A DNA stretch of 64,000 bases from Parcubacteria group bacterium M6-OD1-1 (GTDB lineage Bacteria; Patescibacteriota; Minisyncoccia; GWC2-36-17; M10-OD1-4), in NCBI GenBank assembly GCA_003056085.1, contig LSNK01000001.1:88729-152728 (forward strand), read 5' to 3'. Made by a program: the position numbers and the translations under genes. Of this stretch, positions 10,879 to 20,277 are shown piece after piece. Each line of letters opens with the position of its first letter. The first letter of the stretch is position 1. The notes under the pieces were generated by a model. That model ran no database searches. It saw only the letters and a list, made by a program, of their open reading frames with translations, and was not told the DNA's origin.

Positions 10879-11010
10879 TTTTTTAGCTTATTAGCTTATT
10901 AGCTTATTTCAACCGGAGGCTGATCCGTCTTTGACGGAAGCTTTTTAGCTTAAAGTTACCTTAATTTATTAAACATTTTTATAAAAAATACATACTTTAT
11001 AAATAAAACT

Positions 11011-11085
11011 TTCAGATTTGAGCGCAGTTCGAGGAAAAATTTGAAAAATGAAGTGAATTGTAGTAAAGCTACAGCGAATAAATTT
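11011..11085. repeat. REP-like intergenic element copy 1 (between nusG and rplK)
   Basis: Module tttgagcgcagttcgagg...aaatgaagtg...tgtagtaaagctacag (hairpin)...cgaataaatt. Shares all modules with the copies at 12.06-12.29 kb, 13.0 kb, 22.3 kb and 56.7 kb. Confidence 0.45.
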
Positions 11086-11124
11086 TTCAGATTTTGACGA
11101 AAAAATGCACCAAATCTGGAAGTT

Positions 11125-11670
11125 TTATATTTTTTTGATTTGAAGGAAGTCCAATTCAACCGGAGTTTCTCTTCCAAACATAGAAACCAAAACTTTTATC
11201 TTTCCTTTCTCTTCGTCTATCTCAGATACTTTACCATCAAAATCCTTAAAAGGTCCGTCTACTATTTTTACCGCATCTGAAGCCGCAAGGTCTATCTTGT
11301 ATTTTGGCTCTTCCACACCCATTCTCTTTTGAAGTTCTTTTATTTCTGAATCTGATAATGGAATTGGAGTTGTACCGGAACCGACAAAACCCGTAACTCT
11401 TGGTGTATTTCTAACCACATACCAAGAAGCATCAGTAACTATCATCTCAACTAAAACATACCCGGGATAAATTCTTTCTTCCACTATATGTCTTTTTCCG
11501 CTCTTCATTTTTATTTTCTTCTCTTTTGGGACAAGAACATTAAAAATCTTATCCTCCATATCCATAGATTCAATTCTCTGTTTTAAGTTCCTTACAACAG
11601 CATCTTCATACCCCGAATAAGTGTGAATAGCATACCATTTTTTGCCTTGTTCTATTGTTTGTTTCGCCAT
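11125..11670 (-). CDS. nusG: Transcription termination/antitermination factor NusG
   Basis: KKWYAIHTYSGYEDAVVRNL NGN domain plus a C-terminal KOW domain. Confidence 0.9.
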   Translation of the reverse strand: MAKQTIEQGKKWYAIHTYSGYEDAVVRNLKQRIESMDMEDKIFNVLVPKEKKIKMKSGKRHIVEERIYPGYVLVEMIVTDASWYVVRNTPRVTGFVGSGTTPIPLSDSEIKELQKRMGVEEPKYKIDLAASDAVKIVDGPFKDFDGKVSEIDEEKGKIKVLVSMFGRETPVELDFLQIKKI

Positions 11671-11705
11671 TTTTAGCTTCTTAACTAATTAGCCTACTTA
11701 ATATA

Positions 11706-11909
11706 TTATAATATAAATTTATTCAGTAAATAAGAAAAAACGAAATCAAGCCCGCCTAAAAAAATAATCATTGCCAGCGAAAAAACAACAACAGCGATAG
11801 TGTAATTAATCGTAACTGATCTTTTGGGCCATGTAACCTTTTTAAGCTCTAATTTAACTTCTTTAAAATAAGTTACTATTGCAAAAAATATTTTTGAAAA
11901 AATATTCAT
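11706..11909 (-). CDS. secE: Preprotein translocase subunit SecE
   Basis: 67 aa with VKLELKKVTWP followed by a single TM helix. Conserved secE-nusG-rplK order. Confidence 0.8.
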   Translation of the reverse strand: MNIFSKIFFAIVTYFKEVKLELKKVTWPKRSVTINYTIAVVVFSLAMIIFLGGLDFVFSYLLNKFIL

Positions 11910-12061
11910 ATAATACAGATAAATAAATTTTAAAAAATTCCTATTTAAAAAAGCCCCTGAGGCTTTTATAATCGGTATGGTATATTATTTTTAATAAATA
12001 GTCAATAAGCAGCTATTTTATCCAAGAGTGGAATGATTAATTTTAAATCACAGTACCATTT

Positions 12062-12290
12062 AAGTGAAATGCAGTCGTATTTATTAAAATAACGAATAAA
12101 TTCTGAATTTTAACAGATAACATCCGCAACAAAACGCCAACCAAGCCGTAAAATACACTAAAATGAAGTTTTGTTGGATTTTCAAAATTGAGTTCAGTTC
12201 GCGGAGTAAGCAAGAAGTGAAACAAGCTGTACTTATTGGTACAGCGAGTTAGCTCCGTAGCTTACGACAAAGAAGTGAACCAATTTTGGA
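12062..12290. repeat. Two tandem copies of the REP-like intergenic element upstream of secE
   Basis: gaaatgcagtcgtatttattaaaataacgaataaatt, then aaattgagttcagttcgcggag...ctgtacttattggtacag...aattttggaaattc. Flanked by the approximate inverted repeat tttcaaaatt/aattttggaaa. Confidence 0.45.
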
Positions 12291-12297
12291 AATTCAA

Positions 12298-12921
12298 TTA
12301 AATGAATAATTCCACTATAGATATTATAGAAAACGCCAATATTGAAACAGCAACTCCTATTAAGGTAAACACTAACACTCTTGTGGCCTTTTTTGCCTGT
12401 TCAGGATCTCCTTTAGATGTCATATATAAAGCCCCTGAATAAAGCCCTGCTGTGACAGAAAGAAGAGCAATAAACCATGCCACCCAGTTTACAAGAGTGA
12501 CTAATGCATCAGTTATATTTGAAGCTGCCGATCGCACACTGCAAATACTGGATACAGCCGTAACACCTTCAGATGTAGAAGGACTTCCGGCAATCTGCAC
12601 AGTCAAAGCAACCAATGCCGGAGCCAATAATAAAACAATTATACCTATGGAAACGGCAACTATAGTCATATTTGCTTTTTTAATACTTTCTGGCTTGCCG
12701 GCTGCCGTTAAATACAAAAAACCTGCCCACAAAATAAACAAGATAGCTATCGGCGGCATTAAAACTGTAGTTAAAAAATTTGTGCCAAGACAAATAACTT
12801 CCGGTATGTTTTGAGCGGAAATAGCATTTGGAATCATTGTTTGTCCAAACACAAATGCAACCGGAGTAAATAAAAATAATGCTAACGGGAAAAATAGATT
12901 TAAAATTTTTAGTTTTCTCAT
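12298..12921 (-). CDS. Membrane protein with internally duplicated two-helix module (TrbC/VirB2-pilin-like)
   Basis: Signal peptide, then two alignable halves (ILWAGFLYLTAAGKPESIKKANMTIVAVSIGIIVLL / LLSVTAGLYSGALYMTSKGDPEQAKKATRVLVFTLIGVAVSIL), each hydrophobic-G-K/D-P-E-hydrophobic. Confidence 0.55.
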   Translation of the reverse strand: MRKLKILNLFFPLALFLFTPVAFVFGQTMIPNAISAQNIPEVICLGTNFLTTVLMPPIAILFILWAGFLYLTAAGKPESIKKANMTIVAVSIGIIVLLLAPALVALTVQIAGSPSTSEGVTAVSSICSVRSAASNITDALVTLVNWVAWFIALLSVTAGLYSGALYMTSKGDPEQAKKATRVLVFTLIGVAVSILAFSIISIVELFI

Positions 12922-13007
12922 TATTTTATTTTAACATAAAACTTAAAAAATCAAAGATAGTCACTTATATCTTACCTAAAGCAGCCCACATCTTATATTA
13001 AATGTTT

Positions 13008-13085
13008 TAATTTTGAATGCAGGTCGCAGTTAAAAAATGAAAGACAAAATGAAGTCGTGTTTATTAGTACGATGAAATGAGTTGT
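13008..13085. repeat. REP-like intergenic element copy (between the VirB2-like gene and gyrB)
   Basis: aattttgaatgcaggtcgcagttaaaaaatgaaag...gaagtcgtgtttattagtacgatgaaatgag. Confidence 0.45.
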
Positions 13086-13122
13086 GATTTTTTTAACAAA
13101 AAATGTGCTAAAAAAAGCTTTG

Positions 13123-15189
13123 CTAAATATCAAGATTTTTTACACTTTTAGCTCGAGACTGAATAAACCTTTTTCTTGAAGAAACATCCGTACCCATTAA
13201 AATATCAAACATTTTGTCAGCCTCTGCAGCGTCTTGAACAGCTACTCTTCCTAAGGATCTGTTTTTTGGATTCATCGTTGTATCCCAAAGTTGATCCGGA
13301 TTCATCTCTCCAAGACCTTTGTATCTTTGAATATTTATACCTGTTATTTTAACTTCTCCCTTTTCATCTAAATTTTCCTCTTTTTTGTCTAATGTTTTAT
13401 TTTCAGTTTTTGAGGATGTCTTTTGTTTTATAAATTTATTTATCAATTTTTCTTTTCCATCTTCTGAATATGCATATTCAACTGATCTTCCTTTTTGAAT
13501 TCTATAAAGAGGCGGCTGCGCAATATAAAGATATCCTTGTTCTATTAATTCAGGAAAATGTCTGAAAAATAATGTCAAAAGCAATGTTCTTATATGAGCG
13601 CCATCAACATCAGCATCTGTCATTATAATGATTCTGTGATATCTTGCCTTTTTTATTTCAAACTCCTCTGCGATAGCTGTTCCCAACGCTATAATAAGAG
13701 CCCTTATTTCTTTTGAAGCCAGCATTTTATCTAATCTTGCTCTCTCTATGTTTAAAATCTTTCCACGCAAAGGCAAAATAGCCTGAAATCTCCTGTCTCT
13801 TCCTTGTTTAGCTGAACCTCCGGCAGAATCTCCCTCAACAATGTAAAGCTCTGACTCCTCGGCATTTTTTGAAGAACAATCAGCAAGTTTTCCCGGTAAA
13901 GTAAGTCCTTCTAAAACCCCTTTTCTTAAAACGGTTTCTCTTGCCGCTTTTGCCGCTTTTCTTGCTTTTTGAGATAAGATGCATCTTTCAATAATTTTTT
14001 TTGCATCTTGCGGATTTTCCTCCAGAAAATAAGATAACGCGGAAGAGATAACAGCATCAGTTGCAGGCCTTGCTTCGGTTGAGCCTAATTTTGCCTTTGT
14101 CTGCCCTTCAAACTGAGGATCTCTTAATTTAACCGATAAAACAACTGTTAATCCTTCACGAACATCTTCCCCGGACAAAGAATCTCCTGAATCTTTTTTA
14201 AAAAAATTATTTTTCTTGGCGTAATCATTTAACACTCTTGTTAATGCGGTTCTGAACCCTGTTAAATGCATGCCGCCCTCCTTAGTGTTAATATTATTGG
14301 CAAAACTCATTTCTTTTCCGGTAATATCAATTATATATTGAAATGACGCCTCAACCTCAACCCCATCATGAGTTTTATCAACATAAAAAATATTATCATG
14401 CAAAGCGTCTTCATTAAAATTCAAATATCTTACCAAAGAAAGGAGTCCGCCTTCAAAATAAAAAGAATAGGAAGGTGTTTGCAAATTTAATTCATTTAAA
14501 TAAAATGCTTTTGAATCATCTATTTTACCTTCATAATTTCTTGCATCTATAATACGTATTCTTAATCCTTTAACAAGGTACGCCTGTTGCCTTAGGTGAT
14601 CCACTATCGTCTGAAAGTTAAATTCCAATTCTGAAAAAATTGAATCATCCGGAATAAAAGAAATTATTGTGCCATTTCGTTTTGACGGACCAATTTTTTT
14701 TGTCTTGCCTTGCGGTTTTCCGATTTTATATTCTTGAATATATTTCCCTCCGTCCCTATGTATCTCTGCACGAAGTGAAGTTGAAAGAGCATTAACTACA
14801 GAAACACCAACTCCATGAAGACCCCCGGAAACCTTATATGAATCCCCGCCAAACTTACCTCCTGCGTGCAAAGTCGTCATAACGGTCTCAAGAGCCGAAA
14901 CTTTTGTTTTTTTATGAATCTCAACAGGAATACCTCGTCCATTATCCACTACCCTTACAACATTATTTGGAAGCAAAGCAACTTCAACTTCATCGGCATA
15001 TCCTCCCATAGCCTCATCTCTTGAATTATCAAAAACCTCCCATATTAAATGATGCAAACCATCAACTCCCGTAGAGCCGATATACATTCCCGGTCTTTTG
15101 CGTACGGGCTCAAGCCCCTCTAAAACATAAATGTCCTCAGCAGAATACTTAGGACCCTTCTTTTTTTGGTTTTCTTTTTCTTTTGTCAT
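13123..15189 (-). CDS. gyrB: DNA gyrase subunit B (or a ParE-type topoisomerase ATPase subunit)
   Basis: GHKL ATPase N-terminus (LEGLEPVRKRPGMYIGST), a TOPRIM domain (EGDSAGGSAKQGRDR) and a C-terminal tail, 688 aa. Confidence 0.85.
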   Translation of the reverse strand: MTKEKENQKKKGPKYSAEDIYVLEGLEPVRKRPGMYIGSTGVDGLHHLIWEVFDNSRDEAMGGYADEVEVALLPNNVVRVVDNGRGIPVEIHKKTKVSALETVMTTLHAGGKFGGDSYKVSGGLHGVGVSVVNALSTSLRAEIHRDGGKYIQEYKIGKPQGKTKKIGPSKRNGTIISFIPDDSIFSELEFNFQTIVDHLRQQAYLVKGLRIRIIDARNYEGKIDDSKAFYLNELNLQTPSYSFYFEGGLLSLVRYLNFNEDALHDNIFYVDKTHDGVEVEASFQYIIDITGKEMSFANNINTKEGGMHLTGFRTALTRVLNDYAKKNNFFKKDSGDSLSGEDVREGLTVVLSVKLRDPQFEGQTKAKLGSTEARPATDAVISSALSYFLEENPQDAKKIIERCILSQKARKAAKAARETVLRKGVLEGLTLPGKLADCSSKNAEESELYIVEGDSAGGSAKQGRDRRFQAILPLRGKILNIERARLDKMLASKEIRALIIALGTAIAEEFEIKKARYHRIIIMTDADVDGAHIRTLLLTLFFRHFPELIEQGYLYIAQPPLYRIQKGRSVEYAYSEDGKEKLINKFIKQKTSSKTENKTLDKKEENLDEKGEVKITGINIQRYKGLGEMNPDQLWDTTMNPKNRSLGRVAVQDAAEADKMFDILMGTDVSSRKRFIQSRAKSVKNLDI

Positions 15190-15349
15190 AATTTCATTTT
15201 ATCACAAATACGAGAAAACGTAAATAATAAAAATAAATACTCGAATTTTAACACCTCTAAAATAAACACCCTTTAGGAATTAAACATCTAAGTGAAAAAC
15301 TTTTACTTGGAAACTATATCTCTATATAATAGAGCCTTCGTTTATATCA

Positions 15350-16093
15350 CTAAAAATCAATCGATAATTTAATTATCAAAACTACTACCATTAAAGCTAC
15401 TAAAATTTTCAACCATTTATCACCAAACTTTAAAGCAACCGATGCGCCAACCCATGACCCAATCATAGAAGTTATAGCTAAGGGTATCGCGATGGAATAA
15501 TTGATATAATCTGTTATTACAAAAATATACACTGCGCCAAAAAGAAAAACAGCAGTTATAAAAACCGCATTAGCTATCCCTTCAAGCAAATCTTTTTTCA
15601 AAAGTAAAACAAACATAAATATTAAAAATGTTGTTACACCGACTGAAAAAAATCCTCCATATATACCCAATATAAAAGAAAGTATGTACGATACAATTAA
15701 ACTATATTTACTTATGGCGCCGGATTGAATAATTCCTTTTGGTTTTATAAAAAGTGTAAATATTAAAGCGCCAAAAAATACAGCTACCAATCTCCTAAGT
15801 ATTTCTATATCTATATTAATAACTAAATTTGAGCCTATAATAGCTCCAATTAAAGCAATGATTGATAGTGGTATAGATAATTTAAAATCTATTTTTTTAC
15901 TTTTCCAAAATCTTACAACAGCAACAACATTAATAAGCCAACCTGAAAGAATATTTGCACCTATTGCTAAAGCTGGTTCAAGTCCTAAAAATAGAAGCGC
16001 TGGAAGAGTTATCATTGCTCCAGCTCCAACCTGTGCACCGACAAATCCCCCAATAAACCCAGATATTAAAATTACTGCCATTTCTAATGTCAT
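15350..16093 (-). CDS. TauE/SafE (DUF81) family membrane transporter
   Basis: 247 aa polytopic protein with Gly-rich helices typical of TauE/SafE. Confidence 0.7.
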   Translation of the reverse strand: MTLEMAVILISGFIGGFVGAQVGAGAMITLPALLFLGLEPALAIGANILSGWLINVVAVVRFWKSKKIDFKLSIPLSIIALIGAIIGSNLVINIDIEILRRLVAVFFGALIFTLFIKPKGIIQSGAISKYSLIVSYILSFILGIYGGFFSVGVTTFLIFMFVLLLKKDLLEGIANAVFITAVFLFGAVYIFVITDYINYSIAIPLAITSMIGSWVGASVALKFGDKWLKILVALMVVVLIIKLSIDF

Positions 16094-16133
16094 GAAATTC
16101 CATCTATGCTAATTATGTCATGTATATATTTAT

Positions 16134-18197
16134 CTAAACTCTCACTTCCCAATTATTTTCAGCTATTGCCTTGAGTATATTTTTCATCAACTCATCAACC
16201 TCTTTATCAGAAAGAGTTTTTTCTTGAGATTGAAATATTAAATGAAAAGCTAAACTTTTTGGAAGTAAAGCATTTGTTTTGTCATCTTCATAAATATCAA
16301 AAAGCTCAACATCAATAAGCAGTTGCCCGCCAACCTCCTCAATTATCCCTTGAACATCGGCTATTTTTGTATTTCTCTCCGTTAAAATCGCAATATCTCT
16401 CGTTACTGCCGGAAACTTGCTGATTGGTCTATAATCATACTCTTCATTTATTATTTGAATAATTTTTTCAAAATCCATTTCAAATGCGGCAACCCTTGTA
16501 TCTATATCCATTTTTTTTAAAATCAAATGACTTATCTCCCCTATGGTTCCTATAGTTTCATTTCCAATATTTATCTTTGCCGCCCTGCCGGAATGCCAGA
16601 ATAAACAATGCGGATGAATTGAACTTTTTTCAAAACTATTGAGCCACATATCTGAAATACCGAGTTTTTGAAAAAAAACATCTAAAATTCCTTTTATTTC
16701 ATAAAACGATTCAGCGCTTTCTTTTTTATTTTTTTTATACGCCAAAACTCCTGCAAGCATTTTCTTTTCCTTTATATCTTTTGTCTTTGACACAGAAAAT
16801 ACTTCCCCCAACTCAAATAGTCTTATGCTTTTTTGATGTTTTAAATTTTCATGCGTATTATTTAAAAGATGAAATAACAAAGATGGTCTTAAGAATTTTT
16901 TATCTTCAGATAATGGATTTAAAAGATTAATTAAACCCGTGTATTTATTATCAAATATTTTTATTTCTTTTTCTCCTATAAAAGAATAATTATAAGCATC
17001 TGAAAATCCTAAACCTACTAAAATATCCCTAACTTTATTAGAATAAAAATAATCGTTATTTCTTTCTGCCGGCCAAAGCTCAGCCTCTATGGGTTTTGCC
17101 TTTATATTTTCATAACCATAAATTCTCGCCACTTCATCAGCTAAATCCTCTTTTAAAGTTATGTCTAACCTTTCAAAAGGAACTTCTGCGATTAAAATAT
17201 CCTTTTTATTTGATTTTGACACTAAAAAATTAAGACGTTTCAAAATTGACAAAATATCTTTATCTGAGATTTCAATACCAATGATATCTCTAATATCTTT
17301 TGTAGAAAAAATTACTTTTGTTTTTTCATATTTTTTATCAGCGGTATCTATAACTCCGGAAACAACGTTACCTCCTGCAACATTCAAAACAACATCAACA
17401 ATAACATCCAAAGATTTTCTACATAAAATTGGAGAGACCTCGTTTTCAAACCTTAAAGAAGACTCTGTTCTCAAGTTCAGTTTTTTTGAGGTTTTTCTTA
17501 TATTTTTTGGTTCAAAATATGCAGATTCCAAAATTATATTTTTTGTACTTTTATCTATTTCGGCTTTTACACCTCCTTTAATACCGACAATGGCAAGAGC
17601 GTCTTTATTGTCACGAATTGTCAAAACTGCATTATCTAAAATATATTTTTCGCCTCCAAGAGTTTTTATTGTCTCTTTATCTTTTGCCTTTGCAATTATA
17701 ATTTTTCCATTCTCAATTTTATCCAAATCAAAAGCATGTAAAGGCTGCCCCATTAAAAGCATAACAAAATTTGCTGCATCAACTACATTATTTATTGAAT
17801 TTTGTCCTAATGCCTCTAATTTATCTTTTAACCACTTAGGTGATGGACCCACCTTAACATTTAAAACAACTCTCGCGGTGTATCTTGGACACAACTTGGC
17901 ATCTTTTACATTAACCGATATATAATCTGATATTTTTAATTTTTTATCCTCCTTAATTTTTGGAAGCTTAAAATTAATTTTTCTTTTAAGCAACGCCTCA
18001 AGTTCTCTTGCAACTCCAATATGAGAAAGACAATCATGAGCCCTATTTGGCAAAATGTCCACATCTAAAATATAATCTTTCCCAAATTTTTCAATTCCTT
18101 CAACTTCAAAAGCATGCATAGTCAAAATATCCGCAACTTTTTCCGGTTTTTCTTTTAAGTCTATGTGTTCTTTTAACCAATTGTAAGATATTTTCAT
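16134..18197 (-). CDS. pheT: Phenylalanine--tRNA ligase beta subunit
   Basis: N-terminus MKISYNWLKEHIDL, B3/B4 and B5 domains, 687 aa. Confidence 0.9.
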   Translation of the reverse strand: MKISYNWLKEHIDLKEKPEKVADILTMHAFEVEGIEKFGKDYILDVDILPNRAHDCLSHIGVARELEALLKRKINFKLPKIKEDKKLKISDYISVNVKDAKLCPRYTARVVLNVKVGPSPKWLKDKLEALGQNSINNVVDAANFVMLLMGQPLHAFDLDKIENGKIIIAKAKDKETIKTLGGEKYILDNAVLTIRDNKDALAIVGIKGGVKAEIDKSTKNIILESAYFEPKNIRKTSKKLNLRTESSLRFENEVSPILCRKSLDVIVDVVLNVAGGNVVSGVIDTADKKYEKTKVIFSTKDIRDIIGIEISDKDILSILKRLNFLVSKSNKKDILIAEVPFERLDITLKEDLADEVARIYGYENIKAKPIEAELWPAERNNDYFYSNKVRDILVGLGFSDAYNYSFIGEKEIKIFDNKYTGLINLLNPLSEDKKFLRPSLLFHLLNNTHENLKHQKSIRLFELGEVFSVSKTKDIKEKKMLAGVLAYKKNKKESAESFYEIKGILDVFFQKLGISDMWLNSFEKSSIHPHCLFWHSGRAAKINIGNETIGTIGEISHLILKKMDIDTRVAAFEMDFEKIIQIINEEYDYRPISKFPAVTRDIAILTERNTKIADVQGIIEEVGGQLLIDVELFDIYEDDKTNALLPKSLAFHLIFQSQEKTLSDKEVDELMKNILKAIAENNWEVRV

Positions 18198-18232
18198 TAA
18201 TTTAGGTTTTAGCTTATTACTAACAAGCTAAC

Positions 18233-19276
18233 TTAAAATTGTTTCAACATTCGCATATCTGTATTATAAAACAGTCTAACATCACCAACTCCATACTTTA
18301 TCATAGCAACCCTTTCTATCCCCATTCCAAAAGCAAAGCCTTTAAACTCTGATGTGTCAATCTTAGCAGAATCAAGGACTTTTGGATGAACCATACCGGC
18401 GCCACCAATCTCTATCCAGCCTGTTTTCTTACACAACGGACACCCTTTGCCCAAACATTTAAAACAAATAACATCCACCTCTACTCCGGGCTCAACAAAC
18501 GGAAAATAACTCGGTCTGAATCTTACTTTTATTTTTTCATTTTCTAAAAGTTTTTTAAAAAATAATTCCAAAACAGACTTTAAATGCACTAAAGACATAT
18601 CTTTTGCAACGACAAGGCACTCTATCTGATAAAACTGCATTTCATGTGTTGCGTCAGTTGCTTCTTTTCTAAAAACTCTTCCCGGACAAACTATTCTAAA
18701 AGGAGGATTATTTTTCTCCATATATCTTACTTGAACGGAAGATGTTTGAGTCCTCATTAAAAACCCCGGTCCAACGGTTTTTGGATCAAGCCAAAAAGTG
18801 TCTTGCATATCACGAGAAGGATGACTTGCCGGAATATTTAACGCATCAAAATTATAAAACTCCGTTTCAACTTCAGGTCCGGAAGCAACTTCAAATCCCA
18901 TAGATTCAAAAATATCTACAGATTTCCTAATAATATGAGTTAACGGGTGAATATGTCCCGAAAAAACTTTTTTCCCCGGAGCAGTTATGTCAATTTTTTC
19001 CTCTTCTTCAAGATTTTTAATATGCTCCATTTTAAGAGATTCTTTTTTGATTTCTATTTCATTTTCAATATAAATTTTAAGCTGGTTGGCAAATTTGCCA
19101 TATTCCTTTTTTTTCTCAATAGACAAACCTTTTATGGATTTTAAAATATCATTTAAAACTCCTGATTTTCTACTGAAATATTTAAGCCTAAAATTCTCAA
19201 TTTCTTCTTGAGTTTTTATACTTTGAAGTTCAGCTTCAACTTCTTTTTTAAGTTTATCAAAATCAATATCTTTCAT
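18233..19276 (-). CDS. pheS: Phenylalanine--tRNA ligase alpha subunit
   Basis: Class II aaRS core (FRPSYFPFVEPGVEVDV, GWIEIGGAGMVHP), 347 aa. Confidence 0.9.
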   Translation of the reverse strand: MKDIDFDKLKKEVEAELQSIKTQEEIENFRLKYFSRKSGVLNDILKSIKGLSIEKKKEYGKFANQLKIYIENEIEIKKESLKMEHIKNLEEEEKIDITAPGKKVFSGHIHPLTHIIRKSVDIFESMGFEVASGPEVETEFYNFDALNIPASHPSRDMQDTFWLDPKTVGPGFLMRTQTSSVQVRYMEKNNPPFRIVCPGRVFRKEATDATHEMQFYQIECLVVAKDMSLVHLKSVLELFFKKLLENEKIKVRFRPSYFPFVEPGVEVDVICFKCLGKGCPLCKKTGWIEIGGAGMVHPKVLDSAKIDTSEFKGFAFGMGIERVAMIKYGVGDVRLFYNTDMRMLKQF

Positions 19277-19337
19277 AAAACTTAGACCAATCTAATATTT
19301 AAATTGCAACAGAAAATATATTATGCAATAAATCCAC

Positions 19338-19703
19338 CTATCTTTTAGAAAAAACGAATTCTAAAAATATTATAAAAACTAACAAAAAAATTACATTTAA
19401 AATAGAAAAATATCCCGCATGCCGCAAAATAATCATACCCACAAACAGCAAAGACAAAAGAACTCCATAGAGAAAAGATTGAAAAAATACTAAACTATCT
19501 GTTTTTTTTAATAAACTTTGCGTTGAAAATCCAATTAAAAAAAATAATCCCGACAAAGAAAAAAACATACTCAGATAAAAAAATACGAACTTAAATATTC
19601 CGGCTTCTTCAGGATTTATTTTAAATAAAATCAAAAATAATATCAAAAAAGATATTATGGTCCCCATTAAAATAATACCAACAATATCTCTTTTAGTTAT
19701 CAT
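19338..19703 (-). CDS. Small polytopic membrane protein, function unknown
   Basis: 121 aa with three to four hydrophobic helices. Confidence 0.45.
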   Translation of the reverse strand: MITKRDIVGIILMGTIISFLILFLILFKINPEEAGIFKFVFFYLSMFFSLSGLFFLIGFSTQSLLKKTDSLVFFQSFLYGVLLSLLFVGMIILRHAGYFSILNVIFLLVFIIFLEFVFSKR

Positions 19704-19810
19704 CTTGAAAAATTAAAGTTGAATTTATTTAGCAATAACCTTATTTTAGAATAATTAAAGCTCAAATGCAAGAAACTTTTTTATATGCTATTTTAGAAAT
19801 TTTATTTAAA

Positions 19811-19842
19811 AATAAGTCTTTAATTAAAATTAAAGACTTATT
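19811..19842 (-). terminator. Hairpin terminator downstream of the tRNA cluster
   Basis: aataagtctttaatt/aattaaagacttatt with flanking A/T runs. Confidence 0.5.
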
Positions 19843-19858
19843 TTTAAATAAAATTTAT

Positions 19859-19890
19859 TGCGAGGCCAACTAGATTTGAACTGGCGATCA
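19859..19890 (-). pseudogene. Duplicated 3' fragment (T-arm plus acceptor) of tRNA-Asp
   Basis: The reverse complement GATCGCCAGTTCAAATCTAGTTGGCCTCGCA matches the 3' 31 nt of the adjacent tRNA-Asp with 4 mismatches. Confidence 0.5.
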
Positions 19891-19915
19891 TTTAACCTAA
19901 AAATAAAACTCTCTG

Positions 19916-19990
19916 CGGGGCCGACCAGATTTGAACTGGCGATCTCCTCCGTGACAGGGAGGCGTCATAACCAAGCTAGACCACGGCCCC
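19916..19990 (-). tRNA. tRNA-Asp (GTC)
   Basis: The reverse complement GGGGCCGTGGTCTAGCTTGGTTATGACGCCTCCCTGTCACGGAGGAGATCGCCAGTTCAAATCTGGTCGGCCCCG folds as a cloverleaf with anticodon GTC. Confidence 0.9.
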
Positions 19991-20012
19991 ATTTAATTTA
20001 AAATCAATTTAG

Positions 20013-20086
20013 TACCAGAGGTGGGATTTGAACCCACGACCCCAGGCTTATGAGTCCTGTGCTCTAACCAACTGAGCTACCCTGGC
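20013..20086 (-). tRNA. tRNA-Met elongator (CAT), or tRNA-Ile2 if lysidinylated
   Basis: The reverse complement GCCAGGGTAGCTCAGTTGGTTAGAGCACAGGACTCATAAGCCTGG...CCCACCTCTGGTA has anticodon CAT and a 1:72 base pair. Confidence 0.85.
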
Positions 20087-20134
20087 AAAAGCCCGACTGG
20101 GGGCAACCTTACTTTGTGTACTATTTTTTACTTG

Positions 20135-20206
20135 TTGCGGGGGTGGGGATCGAACCCACGACCTGCGGCTTATGAGACCGCCGAGGTACCACTCCTCTAC
20201 CCCGCG
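20135..20206 (-). tRNA. Initiator tRNA-fMet (CAT)
   Basis: The reverse complement CGCGGGGTAGAGGAGTGGTACCTCGGCGGTCTCATAAGCCGCAGG...CCCCACCCCCGCAA has the C1xA72 mismatch and three G-C pairs in the anticodon stem, both initiator hallmarks. Confidence 0.9.
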
Positions 20207-20277
20207 ATGTTTTATCTTATCAGCTTATGTTTTACAACTTAAACAAGATACGAGATATTTTAATATAAAAATTGATT

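Noticed and set aside
10879-10912. CRISPR array candidates: tandem (tagcttat)n, (cttaatt)4 and the dispersed intergenic repeats.
   Set aside because: The units are 7-8 nt with no intervening unique spacers, or are dispersed single copies. No regularly spaced 25-40-nt repeat/spacer architecture or cas genes occur anywhere in the window.
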